DNA from: Antedon mediterranea
Lineage: Eukaryota > Animalia > Echinodermata
DNA: 64,000 nt
Assembly: GCF_964355755.1 (NCBI RefSeq)
Contig: NC_092675.1
Location: 26,818,912 to 26,882,911, forward strand
Reading direction: 5' to 3'
Shown here piece after piece: positions 23,671 to 35,462 of the stretch. The notes under the pieces are model-generated. The model had not been told where the DNA came from, ran no database searches, and saw only the letters and a program-made list of their open reading frames with translations. Both the position numbers and the translations under genes were made by a program. Position 1 is the first letter of the stretch; each line of letters starts with the position of its first letter.

Positions 23671-24524
23671 TGGAATTATGATGAAATCGACAACGCCGAA
23701 AAAATGAAATCGATAGCAGAGTTTCAGTTATTTTTACAAAACGTTATTTGAAATACAACATCGATTTTTTATATATATTTTATTTCATTCATATTTTCTC
23801 TAGAAAAATGTGAACTATTATAATACCACAAAAAGACGCACGTATAGCGTGGTTGTGCCGAAACATGTGAAGTGGACTGTTACTTGTCGTTAGCTGAAAG
23901 GTTTTGTCGGCATTGCTGTCAGAAGAATAAATGCAACAGCGCCACCAATATGCAGTTGACGTCTCAACTTCAAATTTTTGTATTTTAATTGTTTTTCTAG
24001 ATATGATATATACGTTACTTGTTTGAATATTTTTTTAACCTCAAACCTACGTTTATTTCTCAATTATCCTATACTATAAAGTATTATAATATTAGAGGTT
24101 TTTTTTTTTATAGAAGATCAATTTTAAGAAAACTCTAGTTATAATGTCAGAAAAATAATATGTAGAACAAATGACGATACGAAAATTTATCATTTGTTTT
24201 TCTACAACTCAAACATTTAATTGATTGTTTTACGTCCACATTTGTTAACATTTAACCCGTGTATACATGTATTATCACTCAGTTGTTGTTTCTTTTATTA
24301 TTATCATTAAAATTATTCATTCATACACAGAAAGCAATTTTGGGTTAACAAAGAAGGCAACATGACTAACAACATCTATAGCAGTAGTACTTGTATGACT
24401 AGTGACATTCCAAGCAGTCAAATAAGTTGTATTAACACACAGCATAAAAGTGTATTGAAATTAAATATAAAAGTAAGAAGTTAAACAAAATTGTTTGTCT
24501 CTGCGGAAATCGCATAAATTTTAA

Positions 24525-25000
24525 CCTCAGTTGGAGGTGAGTTCGTGGGTTACTTTCTAATCATTATAAATTAGTTAATCCGTCATCATCATCATAATAA
24601 TCACCATCATCCTTCTCTTTATCATTATTACTATCATCAAAATCTTCAGTTGAAGGTGAGTTTGTTGGGTTACATTCAAATCATTATAAATTAATTAATC
24701 ATTTATCATTGTCATTGTCCTCATCATCATCATCCTCCTCCTCCTCCTCATCATCATCATCATCATCCTCCTCATCATCATTATCATCATCACTCTTCTC
24801 CTTATTACTATCATCAAACTCTTCAGATTGAGGTGAGTTGGTGGTTATTTTCAAATCTTTATAATTAGTTATTCAGTCATCATCATCATCATCATCCTCC
24901 TCATCATCATTATCATCGTCACTCTTCTCCTTATTACTATCATCAAAATCTTCAGTTTGAGATGAGTTGGTGGTTATTTTCAAATAATTATAAATTAGTT
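24525..25000 (-). repeat. Degenerate 120-180-bp repeats with (GAT/GAG)n tracts, downstream of the orphan gene's stop codon
   Basis: TCAG(T)TGA.GGTGAGTT.GTGG(G)TTA...ATAAATTAGTTAATC recurs at about 24528, 24646, 24823 and 24952. Confidence 0.8.
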
Positions 25001-25002
25001 AA

Positions 25003-25025
25003 TCAGTCATCATCATTATCATCAT

Positions 25026-25061
<36 letters not shown>

Positions 25062-28000
25062 AATCACCATCATAATCACCATCACCATAATTCTCATCAT
25101 CATCATCAAATTCGACTTGTTCATGATATTCCTCAGTTTTTTGATGCATTCCTGCATCTTGATAACCTCCTTGCACTTCATGTGTCTCAACTCTAACAGA
25201 TACATCAACTTGATCACCTTTTACACTTTGATTATCTTCTTCAGTAGCTTGACACCATGTCTTAACTTCGACATGTACATCAACCTTATCACTTTCTTCA
25301 ATTTGTTCAGACTCGGAAGGTTGATCACATGTCTGAACTCTAGCACATGCATCACTGTTATCAGTTTTCTCAGATTCTTCCGGTCGGTCAGATCCTTCTT
25401 CATTTGATTCTTCCTTATCCTCAGATTTAAATAAAGATGAAATAGAACTTATAGAAGTACCTATAATGAAAATAATATGACATGACTAAAATCTACCATC
25501 AGTATTTTCTGATGAGTTATTAGCCGATTCTACTGTAAATATTTTCGAAGTTTATCATAAGCATATTTGGGTAATAGTACATGCATTTAATATAAAGAAA
25601 AGAAACATACCAATTTCTTTTTTTGCTTTCTCAAATATTCCATCATTAGTGTCAATGGATTTACCTTTGACAGCATCTTGTTTCTAAAACAGGAAATAAG
25701 CACGGTGTAAAAATAACAAAATATTAATAATTAATTTAATATCCTTGTACAGAAAACATTGATTGAGTTAACATATTGATCAAAAACAACAACAAAGTGA
25801 TTAATTTCTGATGCATTTAAATTTTCATGTCAAACAGGTATAACACTATTCTATCATTCAGAAAGTTCAAAGTTTGTTCTGTACGCCTTGTGAGTAGGTC
25901 TACTGCAGTTTAAGAACATCCGATTTAATAAAACCTGAAAGTATAATCAATAAGGCATGCCGAATAAAATTGATGAAGATATTTCTAGACGCTGTTTTAC
26001 AGCAACATTTTCAAAAAAGCAAAATTAATTATGCTAAAACATGATCACCCTCTGTAGTGAATGCAACTGGTTAAGGTCATGTAAGCGTCTCAGAAGCATG
26101 ACATGCAAAGGATCATGAATCTGAATCTATTCTAAAATTACAACCAAAATAAGCATAATTCAACAATTCAACAACAACAATTCAATTTTTTTTTGGACAA
26201 TTTTTACCATATGGTATAATACATTACAAAAAAAAGGTTACATTGCTTTCAATTATAGGATTATTGTGGTTAAAACTTTAGAAGTAACACGACTATTGTA
26301 AAGATGTTTACAGAAATCCTTTTCTAGCGGAGATAAATGCAGTCTTCTGCGCGCGTTCGAACTTGTGTGGTATAACGTTACATACTTCTGGAATTGTGCG
26401 GGTGCATCAGAGATCGTAATTATAAACAGATAGGTAAAAGAGAGTTAACAGATGATACAAACAGTTACGGCGGATTCAAATCAGATGATTCGGATGAGCT
26501 TAAATTCGTTGTGAACATAACTTGAGATACGATATTAGAAATATTAAATAAAAATACATATTGGTATCACATAATATACCTTTAGTTGCTTTTTTTGGCC
26601 ACTGATTTTCATATTCGACATCTGACTGGATGGAGGTTGGCTGGGATGTTGATTGGCTTGTTGGATATGTGGTTGATAATGTTCCTCAGGTGTTACCGGT
26701 ACTTGGCTTGGTGATTGATACTGAATAACATAACAATTTCTCTGGATAAGTTATTGATTACTTATCTAGAATTCAAAATTTAAATTATTAACACACCATT
26801 TTGTATAACACAACATTTTATAAAAAAAAGAATTAATTACTTGTGCAGCAGCTGGTGCAGGATCGGGCATAGGCATGGTAGGCTCTTCTGGATGTGGAGA
26901 ACGATATGCCATTGGTGCCCCCTAAAAAAATAGTAAAAAGTATTCACTGTATATCGAGCTATTAACTTATAATCCCGTATAGAAAGAATTAAATAGTCAT
27001 TCATTCTTATAAAACACACAAATCTTCCTGTGTGGGAAAAAGTTGCCAGCTATTCAAATGTATATACAGTATACCTTGCCTAATTTCAAGCCATCTGATT
27101 GGTCAACAGCTTCCCCTATGCCCTGATCTATTATAGTATTTTTAATTTTCCAACAAATGGGTACACCGATTATTGCCTTTTTATTTAGAGGACGCATTTA
27201 ATGTACGCTCACTGATTAGTATCTCCCGATCACAATAGGCTACAACGGGTGCACCCTTGCCACTTCAATGGTTAATTTCATTTGAAATTCATTTACTAAA
27301 GACGAAATCAGTCATTTATAGTTTAATCTAGAATAGTACGTGTGTTTATAAAAAAAAAGACACAAACAAACTTTAATTTGCAAACGTAGAGTTACTCCTA
27401 GTTTGCCAAAAACAACTTTGCTAAATTTTCCTGGTGTAGACCAGTTGACAACCCTCGGCAAACTTTAGAAAATAAGTCAAAAGTACTGTATATACTAGTA
27501 AACCTTAGTTTTCAAACACTGAGTTTGCAAGCAAATGCTATTGCCCATGTATCTCAACCCATGAGTCAACAGACTGTAGTATTCTAAGAATGGCTCGTTC
27601 AACAATATAGGCCTATAAAACACTAAATATTTTGTTCAAGTAGATGATATCACATTTTCATACAAAAATAAATACGTAAATGCAAATATGAAAAGCAACG
27701 TAAACACTGTTGATTGTAAATAGTATGATAAATAAAAGATAAGGTAAACAATGCAAAAAATGAAACAAACAATTGAACATGAAAATACAATCAAAGTAGC
27801 TGTTATGACTAATTATTTGAATTGAATGATATATATACTACACAACAAATTGTGTTAGGTATAATAAATACTGATACTGAATCTGAGTGTTTTGTTTTGT
27901 GAGGGTCTATATGTATTTACCACAATTCAAATTGCATGATAATTCACTGTCCAAAGTCTTTGCCCACCCCTTATCGAATGTAACATTCATTGCGATTAAC

Positions 28001-29713
28001 CTTTCCATGGCCTTTTGCCTAGAAATCAGATAAGTTCTATATTGATATTTGACTTTGTCTAGCACACACACTGAACTCATTTTAGGGCCTATTGTTAGAC
28101 CATAAATGTTAATAAAACACTGATTCATTGATACTGAGCAATGTTCTAACCTTGTTTCGAACAAGAACAAAAATATTAAATGGATGCTTGCTCCAGAGAG
28201 GAGTGAAATTTGTTTCTCCTATTACTATAGGCCTATACAGCTTATCGACAGATGAGATGTAACATGTAAAGGACACAAAAATGAAAGAACAAGAAAGAAG
28301 AATACATTGAAGCAAAAAGTTAAATATCCTTTTCATCATCCTGGCTGAGACATAAGGCTGCAACAACGTCAACGTTTCGTCTTTTGCCATCTTGTCTGCT
28401 CTTTTCCATTTAAGGTTTAAAGCCAAAATTCACGATCCGCAACTAAACTTATTGATAATGAGTTTGAAGAATATGTGTAATAAACACAAATTATAAAGAA
28501 TACACAAGAATATAAATATGTATATTAAATTATAATTTGTATAAATAATACACAATATAAAATTAATGGGTCTAATTTGATAATTATAATGGTTATTTTA
28601 CAGTAAATGAGAGTTCTCTCAAAATGCTTACTGAAAGTGGGCTTGGGTTGTATGGAAGACCTGGAACTTCTGGGTTGTAGCCTGGTGTCGTCATACCAAT
28701 CTATAATTTTAACAAATCATAAACAAAAATAAACACTACAAAACTATAACCTAAACAGAACACACAATACTATAGTCCATTGCCAGAACTCCTTTCCGAA
28801 AGACAGACTGGGTTCTTTAAAGTGCACATAATGTGTAGACTCAGTTTTAAGTCTTTCCTCTACCACCAGAACTGTGGTGAAATCGTTTTACCACTTAACT
28901 ATTTAAAAAAGTATTATATTTCAGATCTATTTGATAAAAACTAATCAGAAGCAACAAATAAATAAATTATCGTACCGTTGGAGGATATCCAGTTGTAGGT
29001 GTTAGATGTGGAGAGACAGGTTGTTGACTCGGTGGGTACCACCCTTCTAGAAAGTCACCAGAGGGTTTGAGATTACCCTCGACAGCAGGTAAGTTTCCAG
29101 CACCAGTATAAAGCCTGTCAGACTGTGGCATAGGCATTGGTGGATTTCCATTTACTACTGCGGGTGGTGGGAGACAACTCGCTCCTGCAAATGGTGGAGG
29201 ATAACCCGAATGTTGTTGAGGGGGATATGCTGCTCCTACTGCAGGTAGTGGAGGATAAGCTGCTCCCTCTACAGGTAGTGGGGGATAAGCTGCTCCTTGT
29301 ACAGGTAGTGGGGGATAAGCTGCTCCTTCTGCATGTAGTGGGGGATAATCTGCCCCTTCGGCAGGTAGTGGGGGATAAGCTGCTCCTTGTGCAGGTAGTT
29401 GGGGATAAGCTGCTCCTTCTGCAGGTAGTGGGGGATAGGCTGCTCCTTGTGCAGATAGTGGCGGATAAGCTGCTCCTTCTGCAGGTGGAGGATGGGCTGC
29501 TCCTTCTGCTAGTGGGGGATAAGCTGCTCCTTCTGCTAGTGGGTGATAAGCCGATCCTGCTGGAAATGGATAATAATAATCCACTCCTCCAGCTGGCACA
29601 GGCTGTGGAGAATAACCTGGTCCACCTTCAGGTGCTGGGGGATAAGATCCATTTCCTGGTACAGCTGGTAAAGAAGAAGAATAGGTCACCCCTGAAACTG
29701 GTGCGGGGTACAT
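25003..29713 (-). CDS. Orphan low-complexity protein, about 519 aa: (GAAYPPLPAE)n Pro-rich N-half and acidic poly-Asp C-terminus; exons 28976-29713 (acceptor at 29784), 28632-28700, 26841-26921, 26580-26720, 25611-25683, 25003-25460
   Basis: Six GT/AG-bounded exons splice into one uninterrupted frame of 1560 nt from the ATG at 29713 to the TGA at 25003. The true start may lie in an upstream exon. Confidence 0.78.
29225..29550 (-). repeat. 30-bp coding tandem repeat (GAAYPPLPAE), about 11 units
   Basis: GGGGGATAAGCTGCTCCTTCTGCAGGTAGT is repeated on the plus strand. Confidence 0.92.
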
Positions 29714-31028
29714 TCCTCCTATATGTGGCGGGGGATTATGCGCTCCTTGTTTAATGATTCCTATATCTGTAAGCCTCACTAAATCTGAAACAAACACAAA
29801 CTGTTATTAGCAAGTATTTGATTTCACCGTGCTTTACCACCGCAAAGTTCGAAACCGACGGTCGAGGTTGTCGGGACATAGGAGAAGTCCAGTCTGTAGC
29901 CAGGAGTCTCTCCCACAAAACATTAATTATCCTGCCGGAACAATCGTGCTGGACGTATAAGTACACAGTAAGATTACAGGAAAACTTGTAAGTGTCGTTA
30001 TTCAGAGTACATGTGACACGAATACGTCATAATAATACACATTTGCCACCCCACAGACCTTTGCCTCCAGTTACCGCCGAGTCGACAATTAGTACGATTT
30101 TCAGCGTGATCATTTATATGTAGAATAAACATCCCTTAAAAAATGGTACAAGCCAACTTGTGTTTATAGCACCCACTTAAAAAGATAAGCCCGGCGAGTC
30201 CTGTGCGTGTTTATCAAAGCAAATATATAAATTAATAGTTCTTATACTCCAACATAACAAACAACTGCTTCTTATTCAGTTATACGAACCACTTTGATTG
30301 TTTTTCAATGATAAGCTGTTTAAAGGTCGTTAAAGCTTACAAAGAATAATTAGTCTAACTAAAACATTAATGACGCATCTGAAATATAAAATATCACGGA
30401 CAAGAATACAGAAATGAGCCTAAACATTAGCACGCTTAGGGCAATGTAACTGTAGGCCATATTGTAGAGCTGAATATTGGCACTTTACTACAGCGTACGG
30501 GGCACCGTTTGGGACATGTATAATTATGTTGCGATAGGCCTACATAAATTGTGTGTAGAGGACTACCCAACGAAAAATCAGCGAAATACGCTGTACTATA
30601 CTGTACAATAAAAGTCAAGGATGATAAATATGTCAATTGAATAACAAATAAATAATATAAGTTAAAATTGTTTTCTGTCCATTTTATTTCCAATCTATTC
30701 CGTGAATGATTAAAATGACAGGGAAAAGTGAATTTGTCGTGCATTGGTCTAGCTAACAAACGTATTGTTCATGTCCTCTTTTAAAAACTGAAAATTTTAG
30801 ATTTTTAGCTATAAATAGACATAGGCAATGATTATGAATCAATCATCCATTATCCTATTGTTATATTAATGTTTTGTTATTGATATTCTGTTGTTTGATT
30901 CGTTTTACGCACTAAAACATAAAGCGAAAGGCAATCATAATAAGGAAGAAAACACTGAACTAACTGTAACTTCGTCGATTTTGTAGTGGTATATCAGTTC
31001 TATGAATACAACTAGTATGCCTGAATTC

Positions 31029-34000
31029 ATGAAGTCTGTCTTACTCTTAGTGCTTGTTTGCCAAGTTGTCCTAATTGGGCACAGTGCCCACCGTGAGTAG
31101 GCCTACTCATGTTTCGTTTAAAATTAACTTTTGGGTATCAACAATTAAATTATTCAGAGACTAGCCTACTAAAACTTCGGATCGTTCCATCTAAATATAC
31201 ATTAAATGTTCACCACCAAAAAGGGATTTTGTGCTATTAAAGAATTTTTGTAATAGGGCCGGGGTGGAAAGAGGCCTTAGCCCCACCAGGAGATACATTT
31301 TAAGAAATTGAAACTCTTTTTGTTGCCTAAACAATCTTTTTTTATTTTCTGTGAATAATACTTCTATTAGAAAAAGTTAGATTTTTATGAGAAATTGTTA
31401 TAAATATAAAACTATACACAATAAAGATATAAAGTGTGAATATCATGTAAGAAAATTATAGGCCTAATTATGTTTTAATAATAATGTTTTTCTATGTAAA
31501 AAATAAAAGATAAAACTATTTCTATGTAGGCCTATATGTTTTCATAAGGAAATATGATGTGTTTTTAACAAAAATAAAAGTCGGTGAAATCCTCACAAAA
31601 TGGGGAGAGAGAAGAAAAAGCTTACCTCTAATATACTGTGACAACTAAAATCATGTTGATTTTTTGTAATTGTATTTCTTTTGTATTTGTATAGTGGTTT
31701 TGAGTGTTCAGGACCGGATTGTTACGTGATATACCATGTGAATGGAGGATGGAAATACCAAGAGCCAGGTGGAAATACCCGTGATACACGTACGTAATGG
31801 CAATATTATTATGTATTGTCCCCCTGAAAAATAAGTTTTACAATTTTGTTGTTGAATATGCCATTTTAATGTCACATAATAGTTATCCACTTGTGAACAA
31901 AAATTGGATCTAAACAATATTTATCTGGAAAAACTGTGATTTAAAGCAAAAAATGATCAAATTTGTTGCCAGCCAATGGATTTTCGGTTGAATTTAACTA
32001 TTTTTTATGTTATTTTATAAGTGAAAACATTTCGGGTTTTTTTTCTACGGAAGTGATTAACTTTATCAAAACTACAAAATAACCTATTCAAAGTCTGACT
32101 TAATTAATCTTCATTTTTCATGTTTTTTGGGGAACAATATATCTTTAAACATTTTACTTACATAGGCTTATTATGTATTGTATTTGAAGATTAGTAGGCC
32201 TATAGGTGATTCGTTCTATTGTGATTGAAAGAAAACCCGATTTATTTAATTCTTCTTTCTTTCTCTCTCTTTCTGCTTGGATGGATACACGCGCTTAACA
32301 TGAACGTGTTTGTTGCACGATCATTTGTTTTGATCTGAATTCAAAGGTGATTTTAAGCGTCATCGCACTTACAATGACGTCATCTAGGTACACAATTCTA
32401 TCCGCTTTCTGTACTCTTTTTGACAATTAGTCCGACCAACTATTTTTCTTTGGCCCGGAATATAAACAACATCTTTTTTTAAATGTTAAATGAAATGGCC
32501 GATTTTGCGATGTAACGCTTCATTCAATTATTGTTGAAACAATAATTTTATATTTACAATTCCAATAATACAATACAATTTTTAATACGGTAGTGAATTG
32601 TGTATAATATGGTCACGTAATAACTCGGTAATGGAATATTTGACTTTTATTTGCCTTTTTCAGCTGTCGATGATGTATATGGCAACCCGAATTGCTATAA
32701 ATTTGTTCAAGTGACCAAGAAACAGAGATCGTGTATTGACACCCAACGAGAATGTGAATTGATTGGCGGGAACATCACTGTCATAAATAGTAATGATGAA
32801 TACCATCAATTAATAGATAATGTTTTAGAAATACTCTATCTCGGCTTTAGTAGTAAATTTAATGTCCATCTGCAGAGGAACTTCTCGAACGGGTGCGCAA
32901 TAATCGAGGTGTATGATAGTCGGAACGAGTAACATAATTAATGAAAACATGGACTGCTCAACAACTGATGAGGTAAACACCATTATCTGCGAATCTACTG
33001 GTGAGTGTATGACACACATACTTAAGAACAGTATCTGTCTAAATAAAATACCAAATCCAACCAATACCATAATGTAAATTTAGAGATGGCTCCAAAACAT
33101 CTTAGATATTCAAATGATATACGGTATTCTTTATTCATCATCATTCCAGGCTATGATGCCTGGCTTTATTTATCTTTAGGGCACGGGCCAATTAATCCAC
33201 ACATATTTTACAGTACAATCGTAATGAACTTTCTCTTATTAACAATAAAAATTAAAATTTTGCCATATAAGCCGATATATATATAATCAATAAATCGATT
33301 TAAACAAAATTACGTCACACACAATAACAATTTATAATGAGGGTCAGTCTTATCTAACTATTCACGTTAAGCCTGTCTCCACTTAGCGCTTTTCGAAAGC
33401 GTTTAGCATTATGCGCATGTGCGGATGCACACAACCAATAGAACTCAAGAATGTTTGATTCGCGCGAATAATATTCATACTAGTGGAAAACAGAATTTAG
33501 ACTCTGGTATTTACCATTAAATTGTACATACAGGAGTCCATCTAAAATAAATATATTTTATACTTTAATATTAAAATTATTTATGCATTTACATGTAAGT
33601 ATTTATCTATACTATATGTATGTATATATACATATATATATGCTCTGCTAACTTTTCTGGCTGTTTTGCTTTTTTCCATTGAGATCCACCAGCCACTGAT
33701 ACACCCACAGCATTGTCATTTTTTCAGTAATTTGCCTTTGTATTTATATATATATAAATTCCTTCACTTGCACTGATGAAAGGCTAGTGTTGCCCGAAAG
33801 CTCTGCTAACTTTTCTGGCTGTTTACTTTATCGTTTTGATTTAGCTTTTCGCTTTTTATTTTTGTATCTCCATTGAGATCCAGCCACTGATACCCACAGC
33901 ATTGTCATTTTTTTCAGTAATTTGCCTTTGGATATATATATATGTATATATACATCTATTATTAATTATTATTACTATTATACTATTATTTATTAGTAAT

Positions 34001-35169
34001 TAAATTTATCATAATATGATTTGTTTTATTTGAATAAAATTTAAATATTATAGTTATACAGAGAGTAGAGCTAGATAGGCATGAAGTTGCCTTTTCTCTT
34101 CTTCCTTTTCATCCAATTATTTAAATGTTTTATATAATATAATGTTATATTTATGTATTATGTTTTTAATTTTTGGATAAATAAAGAAAGAAATCAAGAA
34201 ATATTATTCAGTCTGATGGATATCTGCTGACATCCAAAGCTGCATAATATTTTAATAAGAAAAGTATTTAAGTAAATAAGTACATAGTTGGCATTGAGTA
34301 ATACGTATTATTATTATGGTATGTTTTGTAGTCTGCTTGATCGAATACACACTACTGCATTAGGTTAAAAACAAGAAAAAAACTTAAATGTTGTGTCACG
34401 CACACTCATAATAATTATTTTAAAAAATATTTTTCGTTGTCACTAAATTTTGAAATATTTATAACCTTATAGGTTTAGATCCTGGAATATGCCCCGTACC
34501 GGTGGATCTAACAACTAGAGCTGATGTTAAGATTGGTGCTACTACCACCACCACAAATGTAAATACGAATACACCAACCGATTTGTTTGAATGTAATGAG
34601 TGCTATGGTGTAGGCCTAGTGGTTGCCCGGATAAGTGTGTCGTCTGCTGTCATCATTACTATTGAAATTATAGGTTTTGTTTTCATTCTACGAAATAAGT
34701 CAACAAAATCAGACAGAAACCATGGCAAAGGTAGGACATACAAGTTACACAATCTATAATATTGTTATTTTTGTACACGGATTTGATAAATATTATTAGC
34801 TGGGCATGTAGGCTACCATTAACTGATTGCCGGTTTTAAATCATTATGCAATATTCGTTCTTTTTGGAATGTTCACCTATGTACTAGGCCTAGGACTCCC
34901 AACACGAAAATGAACCTGTGTACTTACGTACTTATTTTACAGAATTTTACTGGTAATTTAAAGTTACTAAAGTTGATGGTTATCATTATGATAATGCTTA
35001 TTTATGTTGTAGTTAATGAGGCGTTTATGATGAAACCAAGGCTGTCAGCAGTAGTAATGACCTACCAATCTACCAGGATACAGTGCTCCATGATACTGTG
35101 GAAGCTGCGGCTGCAGTTGGTGCTAGTGTAAACTCTGACAGATGTCCAACTTATGAAAAAGTTCATTAA
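31029..35169 (+). pseudogene. C-type lectin-domain type I membrane receptor, apparently disabled; exons 31029-31092, 31695-31789, 32664-33000, 34473-34730, about 34943-35169
   Basis: Signal peptide MKSVLLLVLVCQVVLIGHSA; GWK..; NCYKFV...C...GG.ITVINS..E; DC......IICE; Thr-rich stalk; hydrophobic segment then RNK; Tyr-bearing tail IYQD..TYEKVH*. Frame breaks at exon 2, at about 32920 and in the last exon. Confidence 0.7.
33642..33932 (+). ncRNA. Hammerhead repeat: partial unit plus full unit in tandem, inside (TA)n
   Basis: The first unit starts at GCTCTGCTAAC, beside the predicted cleavage site. The second has its core at 33773, with one stem II substitution. Confidence 0.78.
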
Positions 35170-35462
35170 AAGAATATTACTTAACTTACAAACTTTGTAG
35201 TCGAACTAGGAAATCAACAGAGGTGGTTCAATAAAAATTATATAGACGTATTTTATTAGATTTTGATACCGATTAACCTGTAACACCCCTATACTAAAAG
35301 ATCATTTGAATTAAAAATGGGTTTCCTCAAGAAAGATAGAGAGAAAACAATTAAGTATTAGCCTACTACGCTATTTTGATTAATGCATTTAAACTGGATT
35401 CATTTTGTTTCACTGTGCTTATCCTCCATTCTAACTTGTAACACTTTAGAATTTCAGTATTT

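Noticed and set aside
24999-25407. Poly-Met and related short ORFs
   Set aside because: Wrong-frame or antisense readings of the Asp-rich last exon.
29137-29754. 205-aa plus-strand ORF (LLLQVVGDK repeats)
   Set aside because: Antisense shadow of the Pro-rich coding repeat; the minus strand has the spliced frame.
32960-33000. CTGATGA hits at about 32965, 25509, 42801, 63364 and minus-strand 800
   Set aside because: None is followed by a stem II and GAAA. The 32965 hit lies in lectin coding sequence.
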